Below are positions 26,929 through 40,165 of a DNA stretch of 64,000 nucleotides, in pieces. Below the pieces are notes generated by a model. The model saw only the letters and a list, made by a program, of their open reading frames with translations. It made no database searches and was not told where the DNA came from. Source of the stretch: Octopus sinensis (taxonomy: Eukaryota); NCBI RefSeq assembly GCF_006345805.1, contig NC_043009.1:39928001-39992000 (forward strand), given 5' to 3'. A program made the translations under genes and the position numbers. The first letter of the stretch is position 1. Every line of letters begins with the position of its first letter.

Positions 26929-29789
26929 GCCACTCCCTGTGTTATTTAGTACGTATTTGTGTAACTAGTTTAGACAAATATTTAATTTTGTATACTTAAC
27001 GCTTCACTTGTTTGATTCAATCCTTTCATATACTTTTTTGAAAACCGCATTTTATCATTATCTACACATTTATGAATGCAAATAATACATGTGTTTTATT
27101 ATATATTAATGTTTGTGTGTTTAAGGAGTCTTTGTGTGTTTGAATATGTATGCTTAGGCGTGGAATGACCCATATAAAAGAGAAGTTACTGGGGAAAAGA
27201 GAGAAAAAAAAATTCAAGGCTGACCTTGAGTCAACATTACGATGAGTCATCCATGACTAGAGGAAGAGTAAAACTAGAAATTAGAGAAGAATTTTGTATA
27301 AGAATGGGATGGCAGAAAAAAAAAGAAATGTAAAGGAATAAACACATGGGGACTATCTACAGGATTATATGTCATACACTTCAAGTGTACTATCAATGCG
27401 AAGGAAAAACATTAATAAACCAGAGGTGAATTTAGCTGTGCATTGGAAGTAAAAAGTCGGTAAGTTGGTCGGATCGTTATCACGTCCCGCCAAAAAGCTT
27501 AGAGGCGTTTCTTTCGTCCGTGTATGTTCAAATTCCGCCGATGTTAACTTTGCCTTTCCTTCCCTGGCAGTTAATAAAGTAAAGTGCCGGTTAAGTATTA
27601 GGGTAGACGTAATTGATCTTTGCCCTTCCCTCAAAATTCCTGCTCCTTGAATACTAAAGCGGACCGGCGTCACGTTCAGAATAAAATTTTCTGATTTCAG
27701 TAATTTAAACACCATGGAAATGGAAACCGTTTAACCAGCCTTATGAATCTCAGGGTTCAAGAAAAATGACAAAAATAAAAAGAATGGAAGAATAGAAGTT
27801 CTTCCAATGTAAGTTCAAAAACTTCAAGAAAGCGGTTCATAAGTAGCAGAGAAATAAATTCAAAAGTTGGTGGAACTTTCGAATGAAAGGACCTAATATT
27901 ATGGTAGAAAGTATTAATATTGAAAGAGATCTTGTGGAAATTACAGCAAATTACGACCAGCCCGCTTATAATTTAATCCTGATATAATTGTTGTTGCTAT
28001 TTGACTTTAATTTGGCACTGAAAAATAATCATTTCTTTACGCTTTAGTTGAGATTTAGAATTTAATTCTTCAACCACTAACCAGTAAATATTCTTCCGCC
28101 TTTAAGCAAGTTATCAAACCATCTCAACAATTTACTACGAAAATGAGTAGCTTATTTTAACCTGTTATTTGCCTGTTATTCAAATCAATAACTTTACTAT
28201 TACCTTTCCTTGGCCGTTGAAGAACATCGACAATATAACTGTCAAACAAAATAATTTCATATCCGTAATCTTTTTTTTTACTCCAATTATTATTTCATTG
28301 GAAATTATTTCAATGTGTAGTTATGGCTGTAAACACACTGTTGCTGACAGGTGTGTTATCAGAGAGCCAAATACCTACTAGCCATCAGATAATTTGATCA
28401 ACGAAGTACCTGTCAAATTGAAATACTTTTGCAATGTAACATCTTGTTAACACACTCATTTATCAAACATGTGTTATAATTTAGACAACAATTTTCACTT
28501 TTCTGATTATTTGAATTTCAGTTTGAGCCAGTTTCCTTCAGACATTTCCATCAAGCCAAATTGATGTCCGAAATGTAAACGTCATTTATAAAATTAAGAT
28601 TTATTTATAAACCGCAATATCCGAACAGCTATCTTGGATTTGCGTTCCGTGTTCGATCTTTATTTAGATGCTGACTAACGAATTTATCAGCCACTTTTAT
28701 CTGAAAAGTTGATTCCAGCGCTCGAGCAAATAAAATGCGTAACAAAAATATCTGCTCTGTTCGTTTAGCAATGTCTTTATCTTTTATCATTTACCTCTTC
28801 CATTTTTTCGGTCATTAGACTGTAATTATGCTTGGCCACTCTCACCCCATTTTCTCGGTCCCTCAAACTGAACCATTGAATTAACGTGGTGGTATCTAAA
28901 TAAACTAGCATCAATTATCACAATTTGAGGGAACAAACACAATCATACACACATATATATATATGCTAAAGACTACCACACATACACACACACATACACA
29001 CACACATACATATATGCATGTATATATATATATATATATATATGACGGACTTCCATGCACTTTCTGTATACCTAATTCCCGTAAATGCATAAGTCAGTCC
29101 GGGTCTTAAGCAGAGGACATTTACTCAAGATGCCACGTGCGGGGACTGAACCTGAATCCACGTAGCTCCACAGCGAGTTTGTTAACCACGCAGTCATGCA
29201 TTCATTCGCCTATACCTTAGACTATTTACCTATGAAGCTTTCAGTCTCTTGACCTCTAAAACTGATAGCAGTATGTTAGGTTCTGATTTTTAATTGTCCT
29301 TGAGCCATAGGACTTATAATGACGGTTACTCAGTTTTAATGGTGTTTAATGACCGAAATCATAACATTCCCCTAAACTGGGCGTCGGTCCGTTACAGAGC
29401 TCCAAGCCAGCAATTTTTTGCGGGAGGAAAACAAGTCGATTGCACCGATTCCATTACTTGACTGGTACTTTATTTTATCGACCCCGAAGGTGACCTCGAT
29501 GGGATTTGAACTCAAAACGTAAAGGACCTGAAGAAATAACACTAAGTACTTTGTCCGATATGCTTTAGCTTACCGGACTACCAACTTACTGCGTTAGGGG
29601 TTAATATTGGTTTCAAACTTCTGCACAAGGTCAGCAATTTCAAGAGTAGGGAACCATCGATTACATCAGCCCCAGTGTTCAGCTAGTACTTCTTTTATTG
29701 ACCCCGAAGTCACTAGGTAGAGACAGACAAAATGCCGGCTAGTATTTTGTCCGATATGCTAAAAATTCTGTCTGTTCATCGTCTTAGAT

Positions 29790-30200
29790 ACTCTTCTACT
29801 TGTTTCAGTCATTTAACTGCGGCCATGCTGGAGCACTGCCTTTAGTCGAGAAAATCGACCCCAGGACTTATTCTTTGGAAGCCTAGTACTTATTCTATGG
29901 GTCTCTTTTGCCGAACCGCTAAGTTACGGGGTCGTAAACACACCAGCATCGGCTGTCAAGTGATGTTGGGGGACAAACACAGACACAGAAACATATACAC
30001 ATACACACACACACATATATATATATATACATATATACGACGGGCTTCTTTCAGTTTCCGTCTACCAAATCCACTCACAAGGCTTTGGTCGGCCCGAGGC
30101 TATAGTAGAAGACACTCGCCCAAGGTGCCATGCAGGGGGAATGAACCCGGAACCATGTGGTTAGTAAGAAAGCTACTTACCACACAGCCACTCCTGCACC
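29790..30200 (-). mobile_element. SINE family S1
   Basis: Reverse-complement match to S1. Confidence 0.9.
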
Positions 30201-31014
30201 TAATATTAGATACTAATATTGTTTGACTCAAGGCCAGCAATTTTTAGGGGAAGGTGTTAAGTTGATTACACCGACCACAGTAATTGACTGGTACTTTACT
30301 TTATCAACTTCGAAGAGAGCAAAGACAAAACTGAACTCGGCGGAAATTGAACTCAAGACGTAAAGAGCTAGAAGTAAAGCTGCTATGCAATTTGTCCGAC
30401 ATGCTAAATACTACCAGCTCGCTGCGTTAGGTGTTAATATTGTTTCAAATTTTGGCACGAGGATAGCAAGTTTTTGAGTAGGGTATAATTCTGTTTACAT
30501 TGAACCCAGTACCTGATGGTATTTTATTTTGTAGCCCCAGAAAATATCGAAGTCAAATATGGCTTCGGCAAGATTTGAAGTCAAATCGTAAAGAGCCGGA
30601 AAATATGCTGCTAAGCATTTTCTCGGATATGCTAATGAGTGAGCCAGCTCACAACCTAAGGTACTAATATGCTTAAAATAAATCTCAGTTGTGTTCATTT
30701 AGTGACAAAGAAATTATTTAACACTGCGCCATTTACTTAGAAGGATTAAAATCTCATGTATTAGCTAAAGAATTAGTTGGAAAGACATTCTTTAAACATC
30801 TATTTTATTATTCATTAAATTTATCTGTCCTTTCAAATCTAATCCCCTTCATATACTCGTTAATTAATTATATGGTTTTAATACTAATATAATGCTTCAT
30901 TAAGAAGCTCTCGGTTTTAGAATTATATTGAATTCTTAGATAATTTTTTTCTGTTTTTAGGAGTATGATTGTTTTTTTATAATGCGTTGGCATTCTCCGA
31001 CAAATCTTCAGTTT

Positions 31015-31915
31015 CACGAAGGTAGGCTGATAAGTTCATAGGTTGGCCTATGAAGGAGCAAGGCTAGAACTCTGAAATCTTGCATGCATTAATTTTAACC
31101 CTCTTATTAATAACCGCGTTGTTTCTTTCGAGGTAAGCTGAAAACCGACTTTTCAAAGGCTTCAAAAATAACTGGTAGCGACTTCTCTTGAAAATGGACA
31201 AAATTTGGCATCGTAATGTTATCAAGTGCATATAGCCCTCAAGGACATTCATGATAATAAGTGACTGTTTATAAATCAAATAGCCAATACTGATAGCATA
31301 TCTCGTGAGGGAGTTGAAAATATTCTGCACAATGAATTTGGTACGACGAAGGTTTCTGCTCGGTGAGTGTCACATCCTCTGACGCTTGACCAAAATCACA
31401 ACAGGTTGATCACATCATGGGAAAATCTGACATAGTTTGAGGCAGATCCATAACCGTTTCCTAAGCCAAAATAAGTGCTAGATTCATAACTTTCAGCCAG
31501 AGACAAAGAGACAATTCACACATTAGAAACATACCATCGCATCTGCTCCAAGGAAGGCCAATGTCGTTTCATCTGCAGGGAAGGTGATGACTTTAGTCTT
31601 ACGCGATTTAAAAAGCATTGTGTTCATCCACTATCTTCAAAAGGGCCACATCAAAAACAGAGAGTACTGTGCCAACCTGCTGAGACAGTTTCGAAAGGCT
31701 ATCACGACCATACGCCCAGGAAATCTAACTAAAATGTATTTTTCATTAGCGCAATGCTCCAGCAGACACGTCCTTGGTTTCCATGCCTGCTGTTCATGAC
31801 TGTGGCTTTGAAATAGTTGATACTCCTCATTTGTCCCCATCTTATTATCATCTGTTCCCCAACATGTAAAAACAACTGGCTGGGAACCAGAACTGTAGGG
31901 ATGATGATATCATAT
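31015..31915 (+). pseudogene. mariner (DD34D) transposase remnant
   Basis: MDKIWHRNVIK start at 31193; later degenerate PRKANVVSSAGKVM, HYLQKG, YCANLLRQFRKAI..RPGNLTK and CGFEIVD motifs; internally deleted and frameshifted. Confidence 0.8.
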
Positions 31916-31927
31916 GTGCAGTTTTTT

Positions 31928-32123
31928 TCCTTGTTTCAGTCATTTGACTGCGGCCATGCTGGAGCACCGCCTTTAATCGAGCAACTCGACCCCGGGACTC
32001 ATTCTTTTGTAAGCCCAGTACTTATTCTATCGGTCTCTTTTGCCGAACCGCTAAGTAACGGGGACGTAAACACACCAGCATCGGTTATCAAGCAATGCTT
32101 GGGGGACTAATACAGACACACAA

Positions 32124-32177
<54 letters not shown>

Positions 32178-32578
32178 TAAAACTTCATAAATTAAAACAG
32201 ATTAGGAGATCGAAAATCCACCTGACGAATGTCATTGAAGACATGAAACGATTGTAGTGGCGGTTTATTTCTTTATATTAAAAAATTTTATGTATTGATT
32301 AAGTCTTTCCTTGTTTGTTTTGCAAAATAGTGGTTTTGTTTCGAATTATATTATATATATGCCCCAGCATGGCCACAGCTCATAAGCTGAAATTAGAATC
32401 AATCAATCATATATACGACAGGCTTCTTTCAGTTTCCGTCTACCAAATCCACTCACAAGTCTTTGGTCGGCCCGAGGCTATAGTAGAAGACACTTGCCCA
32501 AGGTGCCATGCAGGGGGACTGAACCCGGAACAATGTGGTTGGTAAACAAGCTACTTACCACACAGCCACTTCTGCGCC
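31928..32578 (-). mobile_element. SINE family S1 split by an HHR element in its internal microsatellite
   Basis: 3' half at 31928-32125, 5' half at 32410-32578, insert in between. Confidence 0.85.
32218..32260 (+). ncRNA. Type I hammerhead ribozyme (short stem III), copy 2
   Basis: CCAC-CUGACGA-AUGUC-AUUGAA-GACAU-GAAAC-GAUU-GUA-GUGG. Confidence 0.8.
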
Positions 32579-33252
32579 TAGTTGATGATATTTTTTTAGC
32601 AACAGGTTGAAAGTTACTTCACCAAAATGATCCAAGCACTGCAACACCGATATGTGTATGGATCACAAGGAGTCTATGCTGAAAGGTAAATCTCATTTGA
32701 TAACATTCCCTGAGAGTATGCTTGATCAGCCTATATAATTTCTAGCCTACCTACGTAGGTATCCATTTAAATACCCAATTGACACCCTCTTACCAACGGA
32801 TAATTCATTCAGTGTTTGGAACAAAGTCAATACAATTAGGATGAGGTTGGTTTGTCGATTACATCGATCCCAGTACTTGAATGGTACTTTATTTTATCGA
32901 TCCCGGAAGGATGAAAGGTAAAGTCGGCTTCGGTGGTATCCACAGGATATATAATGAAATCAATCGACAAGCCGATTCATCAAATAACCAGCCAGCCAAC
33001 AAACAAACCAATTGGTCTACTCACCAAGCAAGTAAGCAAGCAGGCAAGCAAACAAGCAACCAGCCAACAGCCAAACCAACAAACTAAATAACCAATCAGC
33101 CAAGCAATTAGGACTTGCCTTAATTTAACTTTGAATCGTCAGACAAACGTAATTACTTTTCATTGCAAAGAATCAATGAAGTTAATTATACATTAGGATT
33201 GAATGTTTGTAATTACATTCTCATATATACATGTATATGCATGAGTACACAT

Positions 33253-33290
<38 letters not shown>

Positions 33291-33429
33291 GTATATATAT
33301 ACGAGCAGAACGCCCCCCCCCCGTCCAATGGACGGCGCTGAGTTGTCAAACATTTAAACCAAATTTTCTCAAAACAACTTGTCCGACCGTCCCATAGGCC
33401 TCCCCTTTGAGAAACACTGATTTAACCTT

Positions 33430-33676
33430 AATTTGAGACACCAGCAAAAGAAGAAATAAAGAAACACTTTTTTTTTCTATTCCAAAGAAAAACGATTTTA
33501 TTCACTTTATCTATCGCATTCTCGCCTGGAATCGATTTTTATAATTTTTCAAGACTTATACACGCCCTGATACCGTCGGTATCTACATATCAAATTTGAG
33601 CGCAATCGGATAGATGATGCCCGTGATCCTAGAAGACACACAGACAGACAGACAGAACGGATTTTATATAATAGAT
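33430..33676 (+). mobile_element. Non-autonomous Helitron/Helentron-like element, 3' part
   Basis: AAATTTGAGCGCAATCGGAT..(CAGA)n..TTTTATATAATAGAT terminus, same architecture as 57496-57889. Confidence 0.45.
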
Positions 33677-35825
33677 AAATATATATCATGACATGCTAGA
33701 GATGCTTTTCTGATTAGTATTAGATCAAAGATTCTGAAAAGGTTTTTCACCTCTACTTCTTTACATATTGGTTACAAACATTAGCACAAAACCAGCAATT
33801 TCTGGGAAGGAAGTGGAAGACGATTACATCGATCCTAGTACTCAACTGGTAGATATTTTACCGATACCGATATGATGAAATGCAAAGTCGACTTCGGCAG
33901 AATTTCGATCTCACAACGTAAAGATAGACGAATTGCCGCTAAGCGTTTTGCCCGGCTTGCTAACGATCCTTCCAACTCGCCATCTTTCATTTCTGAAAAG
34001 CGAAATCACTTACATCATATCAGTTCACTCGTCGAGGTTATTAGTTTTAGAAATCATTATTAACTTCTGTAATCCCAATGCTAGATCATTTGCTTTATAA
34101 CGACTCATATTCAGCATATTTTTGCTAGTGTTTTTCTGGTGCATAATGGTTTGTCAAAGCTATGTAAATGCTTCGGTGTATTTATTTATGTATTATGTTG
34201 TTAATAGTATGGGGTTTAGCTTGTTCTAAATGCACTGTTTTCACAGAAATTTCTGTCCGGCCGCTTTACTACATACATCCTCCATTAAGTTCCCACTAAA
34301 TATAAAAGTAGCTTCAACCCTCCTCTTGATGCACCCAGTAGATGGATGGGAGAAAGACTAAGTCAGCGTAGAAAAGCTTTCGATCTCAAATGTAGTTTCC
34401 TAATTCAGCACGTGTTTCTCTAATAACCAAAAGCAGAGAACATTCAACACCCATGACCCCTCACATGGCCACCATGACAATAGAGAGAAAGAAGAAAGCT
34501 ATTATCAGCATTGATATCAGGTTTGAATTACTGCAACACCCTCTGCGCAATTCATCTAAATGCCAGACGGATTACGTCTGACACACAAACTAGATATTTA
34601 GAATAGACAGAATTGTTATAACGATTGTGAGTACTGGAATTGTTACATAATCACATAAATCGCAAGACGACCGTGTTTTTCTTTTACGTTATATAACTAA
34701 CGATTTCCTTATAAATTATGTATTAACCCCTATAACACATGTCTTATACGAATATGCAAACATAGTTATTATACATAGTCACGTCTTTACCAGGTTAATT
34801 TACCCAATTATATTTTCTCGGATATCAAAGAGTTCTTACTAAAAGTATTGCATATTCAGATACGTCAGAGCTATACAATATTCATTAATCATGTGTTGAG
34901 CGGATCACGAGAGAATCTCAAACTTCAGTAAAGCAGTTGATCAGCTTGTAAAGTTTCAGAACTCGTCTATTTTATGGCATTTGATATTGTAACTCTATCT
35001 TGTACAATATTCTACCGAATTGTAACCCTGTAAAATTCAACAAATCCTTGCAGATTCACTGCTTTTACAATTAATGACCGTTTACTGTTGAATTGATTTG
35101 ATTGGTTGGTCCACGACATAGCAGCAAACCTGAATTAAAGCAATTCCAGGTTTTATGAGAATCTAAGAAACCAACTCTTCGCCTCTTTTATGGTTATCCA
35201 TAAACTTCAAATAAGAAGTCCTCTGAAGTTAGATTCTTTGTCATACACTAGCTTATTTGAAACCTTCGATGCACATCAATTATACGGTTATTCGTTTTGT
35301 CAGAATCGACCTATTCTTTTCATCTTCTTGGGCTTGGAAAATAATAAAGTTAACTGCTCAAACAACTATATTACTCAGACGTTAAATTGATGCGAGATAT
35401 GGCTGACGGCGAGAACTGAGCCTGATGTAGTCTGTATATACAGCTTTTAGTCAATACTACTATTCAAAATTGTTATGATCTTATCTATTTCTTTTACATC
35501 CAACACTGTTCGACTAGATATTTGCTGCATATAATTTATTTCGCAAATCTTGCTTGTCTTTCGTTGTTTATATTTGTGACCGCTGCATTATTTTTGTTCC
35601 GAAACGTAGTTTTCTTGGACTGGATTAACAGCCAATGTCCTTTTGTAAACTGATTCAGTATTACTATTATGAAGATATTGAAAAAGAATTTAATAAATAT
35701 AAATATAACGGCTTCTGCAAAAATATTCTGCTAAAGTTAATTATGTTGAAAAATAAGTAATTTAGATTTATCAGTTGAAATACATTCTTCATATTCAAAT
35801 AATTACATCGACTGCACAATTCTTA

Positions 35826-36413
35826 TTTCTTTATTGCCCACAAGAGACTAAATAAAATGGAGACAAACAAGGACAGACAAACGGATTGAGTCGATTACAT
35901 CGACTCCAGCGTGTAACTGGTACTTAATTTATCGACCCCGAAAGGATGAATGGCAAAGTCGACCTCGGCTCGAACTCAGAACGTAAAGACAGACGAAATA
36001 CCAATTCCTTTACTACCCACAAGGGGCTAAACACAGAGAGAACAAACAAGGACAGACAAAGGGATTAAGTCGATTACATCGACTCCAGCGTGTAACTGGT
36101 ACTTAATTTATCGACCCCGAAAGGATGAAAGGCAAAGTCGACCTCGGCTCGAACTCAGAACGTAAAGACAGACGAAATACCTATTTCTTTACTACCCACA
36201 ATGGGCTAAACACAGAGAGGACAAACAAGGACAGACAAAGATATTAAGTCGATTACATCGACCCCAGTGTGCAACTGGTACTTAATTTATCGACCCGGAA
36301 ATGAAGAAAGGCAAAGTCGACCTCGGCGGAATTTGAACTCAGAAAGTAAAGACAGAAGAAATACCGTTAGGCACTTCGCCCGGCGTGCTAACGTTCCTGC
36401 CAGCTCGCCACTT
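35826..36413 (-). repeat. Tandem array of SINE S2 (one headed unit + two headless 179-bp units)
   Basis: Junctions at 36000/36001 and 36179/36180. Confidence 0.9.
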
Positions 36414-36959
36414 TCAACAGCACAATTGTGTCGTTATTGCCACTATAGCCGTACCAAGGTGACTGCACTCATGACGTGGACTGCTTTACAGCCATATAAT
36501 TTCCGTTTCGATCCCCCTGTGCAGCTCTTCTGAAAATAATTTTGTGAACGAAATTCGACAGATGGAAAATCTATATTCCAAATTTGTTGCGCATGCATAC
36601 ATACATACACATCTGCATATATATGTGTGAGTGTGCGTATGTACACATGTATGCATGCGTGCTTTTATGTAATATACAAACGTGTATATATATATGTGTG
36701 TGTGTGTGTGTCAAAAATAAGGAGTGCGTTGCGTTATGTGAATAATATTTTCAGAAGTCAAACACGTATAGTAATAAACGAACAGACGGAAAGTCATACT
36801 ACATGTACTGAATGCATGGACGCAAAGATGAATGAACAGACACAGGTTACAAATTCCTCATCAGATATCGGCCGTGGCATCGAGCGCAAAATCGAGCAAT
36901 TATCGATAATATTGCATCTACCCCGAAGGCAACAAACAAGTTTTCTCTCCGCCCCACTA

Positions 36960-37051
<92 letters not shown>

Positions 37052-37067
37052 CACATACATACATACA

Positions 37068-37153
<86 letters not shown>

Positions 37154-37270
37154 ACCAGCCTGGTTGTTCCATAAAAAGTTTGTTTCATAAAAAGGTTGTA
37201 TTCTACTATAGTCTCTGACCGGCCAAAGCTATGTGAATAGTATGTAGAGAGAAAATGAAAGAAGCCCTTT

Positions 37271-37311
<41 letters not shown>

Positions 37312-37824
37312 TATATATATATATATATATAGATATAATGAGAGAGAGAGAGAGAGGGGGGATATGGTTCGTTAAAAGATACTGATAGAAGTACCAGGCT
37401 TAGCATAAATAACTACTGCGTTCGGATCATTCGACTAAACATTTTTCAAAGTGATTTCCCAGCATAGCCGCAGTCTAATGACTGAAACAAGTAAAAGTTA
37501 CATTTCCTGTTTATATGCATATATACTCATATAAAATTAAGATGGCTGCAACTATATTTCAAGTGATGACTTCGTTTCATTTTCTCTAAAGTATGAGCAT
37601 TTCGAATGTGGTTTTCCAGTCCTGCTCAGGACATCTATTTAGTACATATATTCCAGTGTCCTTACAGATGTTTCACAATATTGTTTGGAAGAACCTTTAT
37701 ATGAGATTTCAGTCTACCTTCTGATGCTCTTTCTTTTCCACACCCCCACTTAGTTTATTTTACAATAAACGTTCTAGAGAGGGGCTTCCTCATCCGTTTT
37801 CCACAATTTAGACCTTCTTCAATG

Positions 37825-38011
37825 GGTATTTACTCTACAGTTCTATATTTATGAGATGAGGAATTATTTACATTTGACGGATATTTGTCCTCATCTTGTT
37901 TTTTATTAACACAACGTTTCGGCAGATATACCCTCCAGCCTTCTTGTGGTGTCGAACCTGGGTTATCATTCCTAAGGTATGTTTTCGATATTATTATTAT
38001 TATTATTATTA

Positions 38012-38068
<57 letters not shown>

Positions 38069-38148
38069 TATTATTATTATTATTATCATTATTATTATTA
38101 TTCAGGTCACTGCTTGGAATAGAACTCGGAATCTTGGGGTTAGTAAAC
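37825..38148 (-). mobile_element. tRNA-head/(AAT)n/HHR composite SINE, left copy (HHR core mutated)
   Basis: B box GTTCTATTCC on the minus strand at 38116-38125; (AAT)n; core reads CACAAGA instead of CUGAAGA at 37908-37953. Confidence 0.8.
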
Positions 38149-38150
38149 GT

Positions 38151-38239
38151 GGGCATATGGCGTAGTGGTTAAGAGCGCGGGTTACTAACCACAAGATTCT
38201 TATTTCGATTCCAGGCAGTGACCTGAATAATAATAATGA

Positions 38240-38280
<41 letters not shown>

Positions 38281-38450
38281 GCAACGACAACATCAAAACA
38301 ATACCTTAGGAATGAGAACCCAGGTTCGAATTTCCCCAAGACACCTGATGATGGGTGGAGGGTATATCAGCCGAAACGTTGTGTTAACAACAAACAAGAT
38401 GAGGACAAATATCTGTCAAATGTAAATAATGTAAATAATGTATAATTACT
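38151..38450 (+). mobile_element. tRNA-head/(AAT)n/HHR composite SINE, right copy
   Basis: A box TGGCGTAGTGG 38158-38168, B-box-like TTTCGATTCC 38203-38212, (AAT)n 38226-38280, HHR tail. Confidence 0.8.
38340..38385 (+). ncRNA. Minimal type I hammerhead (ACGU palindromic stem III)
   Basis: GACAC-CUGAUGA-U-GGGUG-GAGGGUAUAU-CAGCC-GAAAC-GUU-GUGUU; one stem II mismatch. Confidence 0.7.
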
Positions 38451-38547
38451 GTAGTACATACACCTCTATTTAGGTTTGTGGACTGGCCTCTTACACTGGG
38501 GTTGTTTAGCATAGAGAAATTGCTTATGTATTTACAAGCATACATAA

Positions 38548-39125
<578 letters not shown>

Positions 39126-39231
39126 TCTCTGTCTCTCTGCCTATGTGTGTATGTATGTATGCATGTATGTATGTATGTATCTATCTATCTATTTATCGAT
39201 CTATAATTATATATACATACATATATATATT

Positions 39232-39447
39232 TCTTTACTAACCACAAGGGGCTAAACGCAGAGGGGACAAACGGATTAAGTCGATTACATCGACCCCAGT
39301 GCGTAACTGGTACTTAATTTACCGACCCCGAAAGGATGAAAGGCAAAGTCGACCACGGCGGAATTTGAACCCAGAACGTAACGGCAGACGAAATACGGCT
39401 ACGCATTTCGCCCGGCGTGCTAACGTTTCTGCCAGCTCGCCGCCTTT
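39232..39447 (-). mobile_element. SINE family S2, full length
   Basis: Minus-strand head AAGGCGGCGAGCTGGCAGAAACGTTAGC through to the GTGGTTAGTAAAGAAATA tail. Confidence 0.9.
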
Positions 39448-39457
39448 TATATATATA

Positions 39458-39499
<42 letters not shown>

Positions 39500-40119
39500 C
39501 GTGTGTGTATATGTGTGCGTGTGTGTATATGTGTCTGTTGGTAAGTGTGTATATGTTTGTATGTATATTTGTATGTGTGTATTTCAGCGCCAGATAGCTG
39601 GTCATTAATTTAAGCTAAGATGGAGAATTCAAGCATGAATACTACAACACGCGTTGATTTATTCTTACACGAGTATTCTTCTTATTTAACACGTCTATAT
39701 ATGTGTGTGTACATGCGTGTATATGTGCGTATGCATGTGCATGTATATGTGAGTTTGCGTGCGTGTATTTTTACGAGGGTATAGAAACATTTAGGTTTGT
39801 CTTTTGGCGAGGTATTAAAAATTTTAGACAAGATAAAACTCGAAATACGTAATCTTTTATCGAAAAAATTCTTTTAGAAAGAAGCCTTTGTAACACAAAT
39901 CTCTTGCTCGTGCTCCTCAATAGATATTTAAGTATGGATGAATAAAGAGTAACATGTACTTCATATAATCGTAAGTCAGTATAATCCAGTAGAGTACACA
40001 TGTTGAATATGAGGTGGCTGTCCTCAGACAAATTCAAGCTATCATTAAGTTTGTATATTATTTACATTATCTACATTATTTATATTCGACGGATATTTGT
40101 CCTCATCTTGTTTGCTGTT

Positions 40120-40165
40120 AACACAACGTTTCGGCTGATATACCCTCCAGCCTTCTTCAGGTGTC
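40120..40165 (-). ncRNA. Minimal type I hammerhead, best-preserved copy of the 38-kb family
   Basis: GACAC-CUGAAGA-A-GGCUG-GAGGGUAUAU-CAGCC-GAAAC-GUU-GUGUU. Confidence 0.75.

Noticed and set aside
35826-36413. CRISPR-like array
   Set aside because: The units are near-identical 179-bp SINE fragments with no unique spacers; eukaryotic context and no cas genes.
38151-38225. tRNA gene (apparent anticodon ACT)
   Set aside because: The acceptor stem does not pair and the sequence runs into (AAT)n in several copies. It is a SINE head, as are the other tRNA-like heads in the window.
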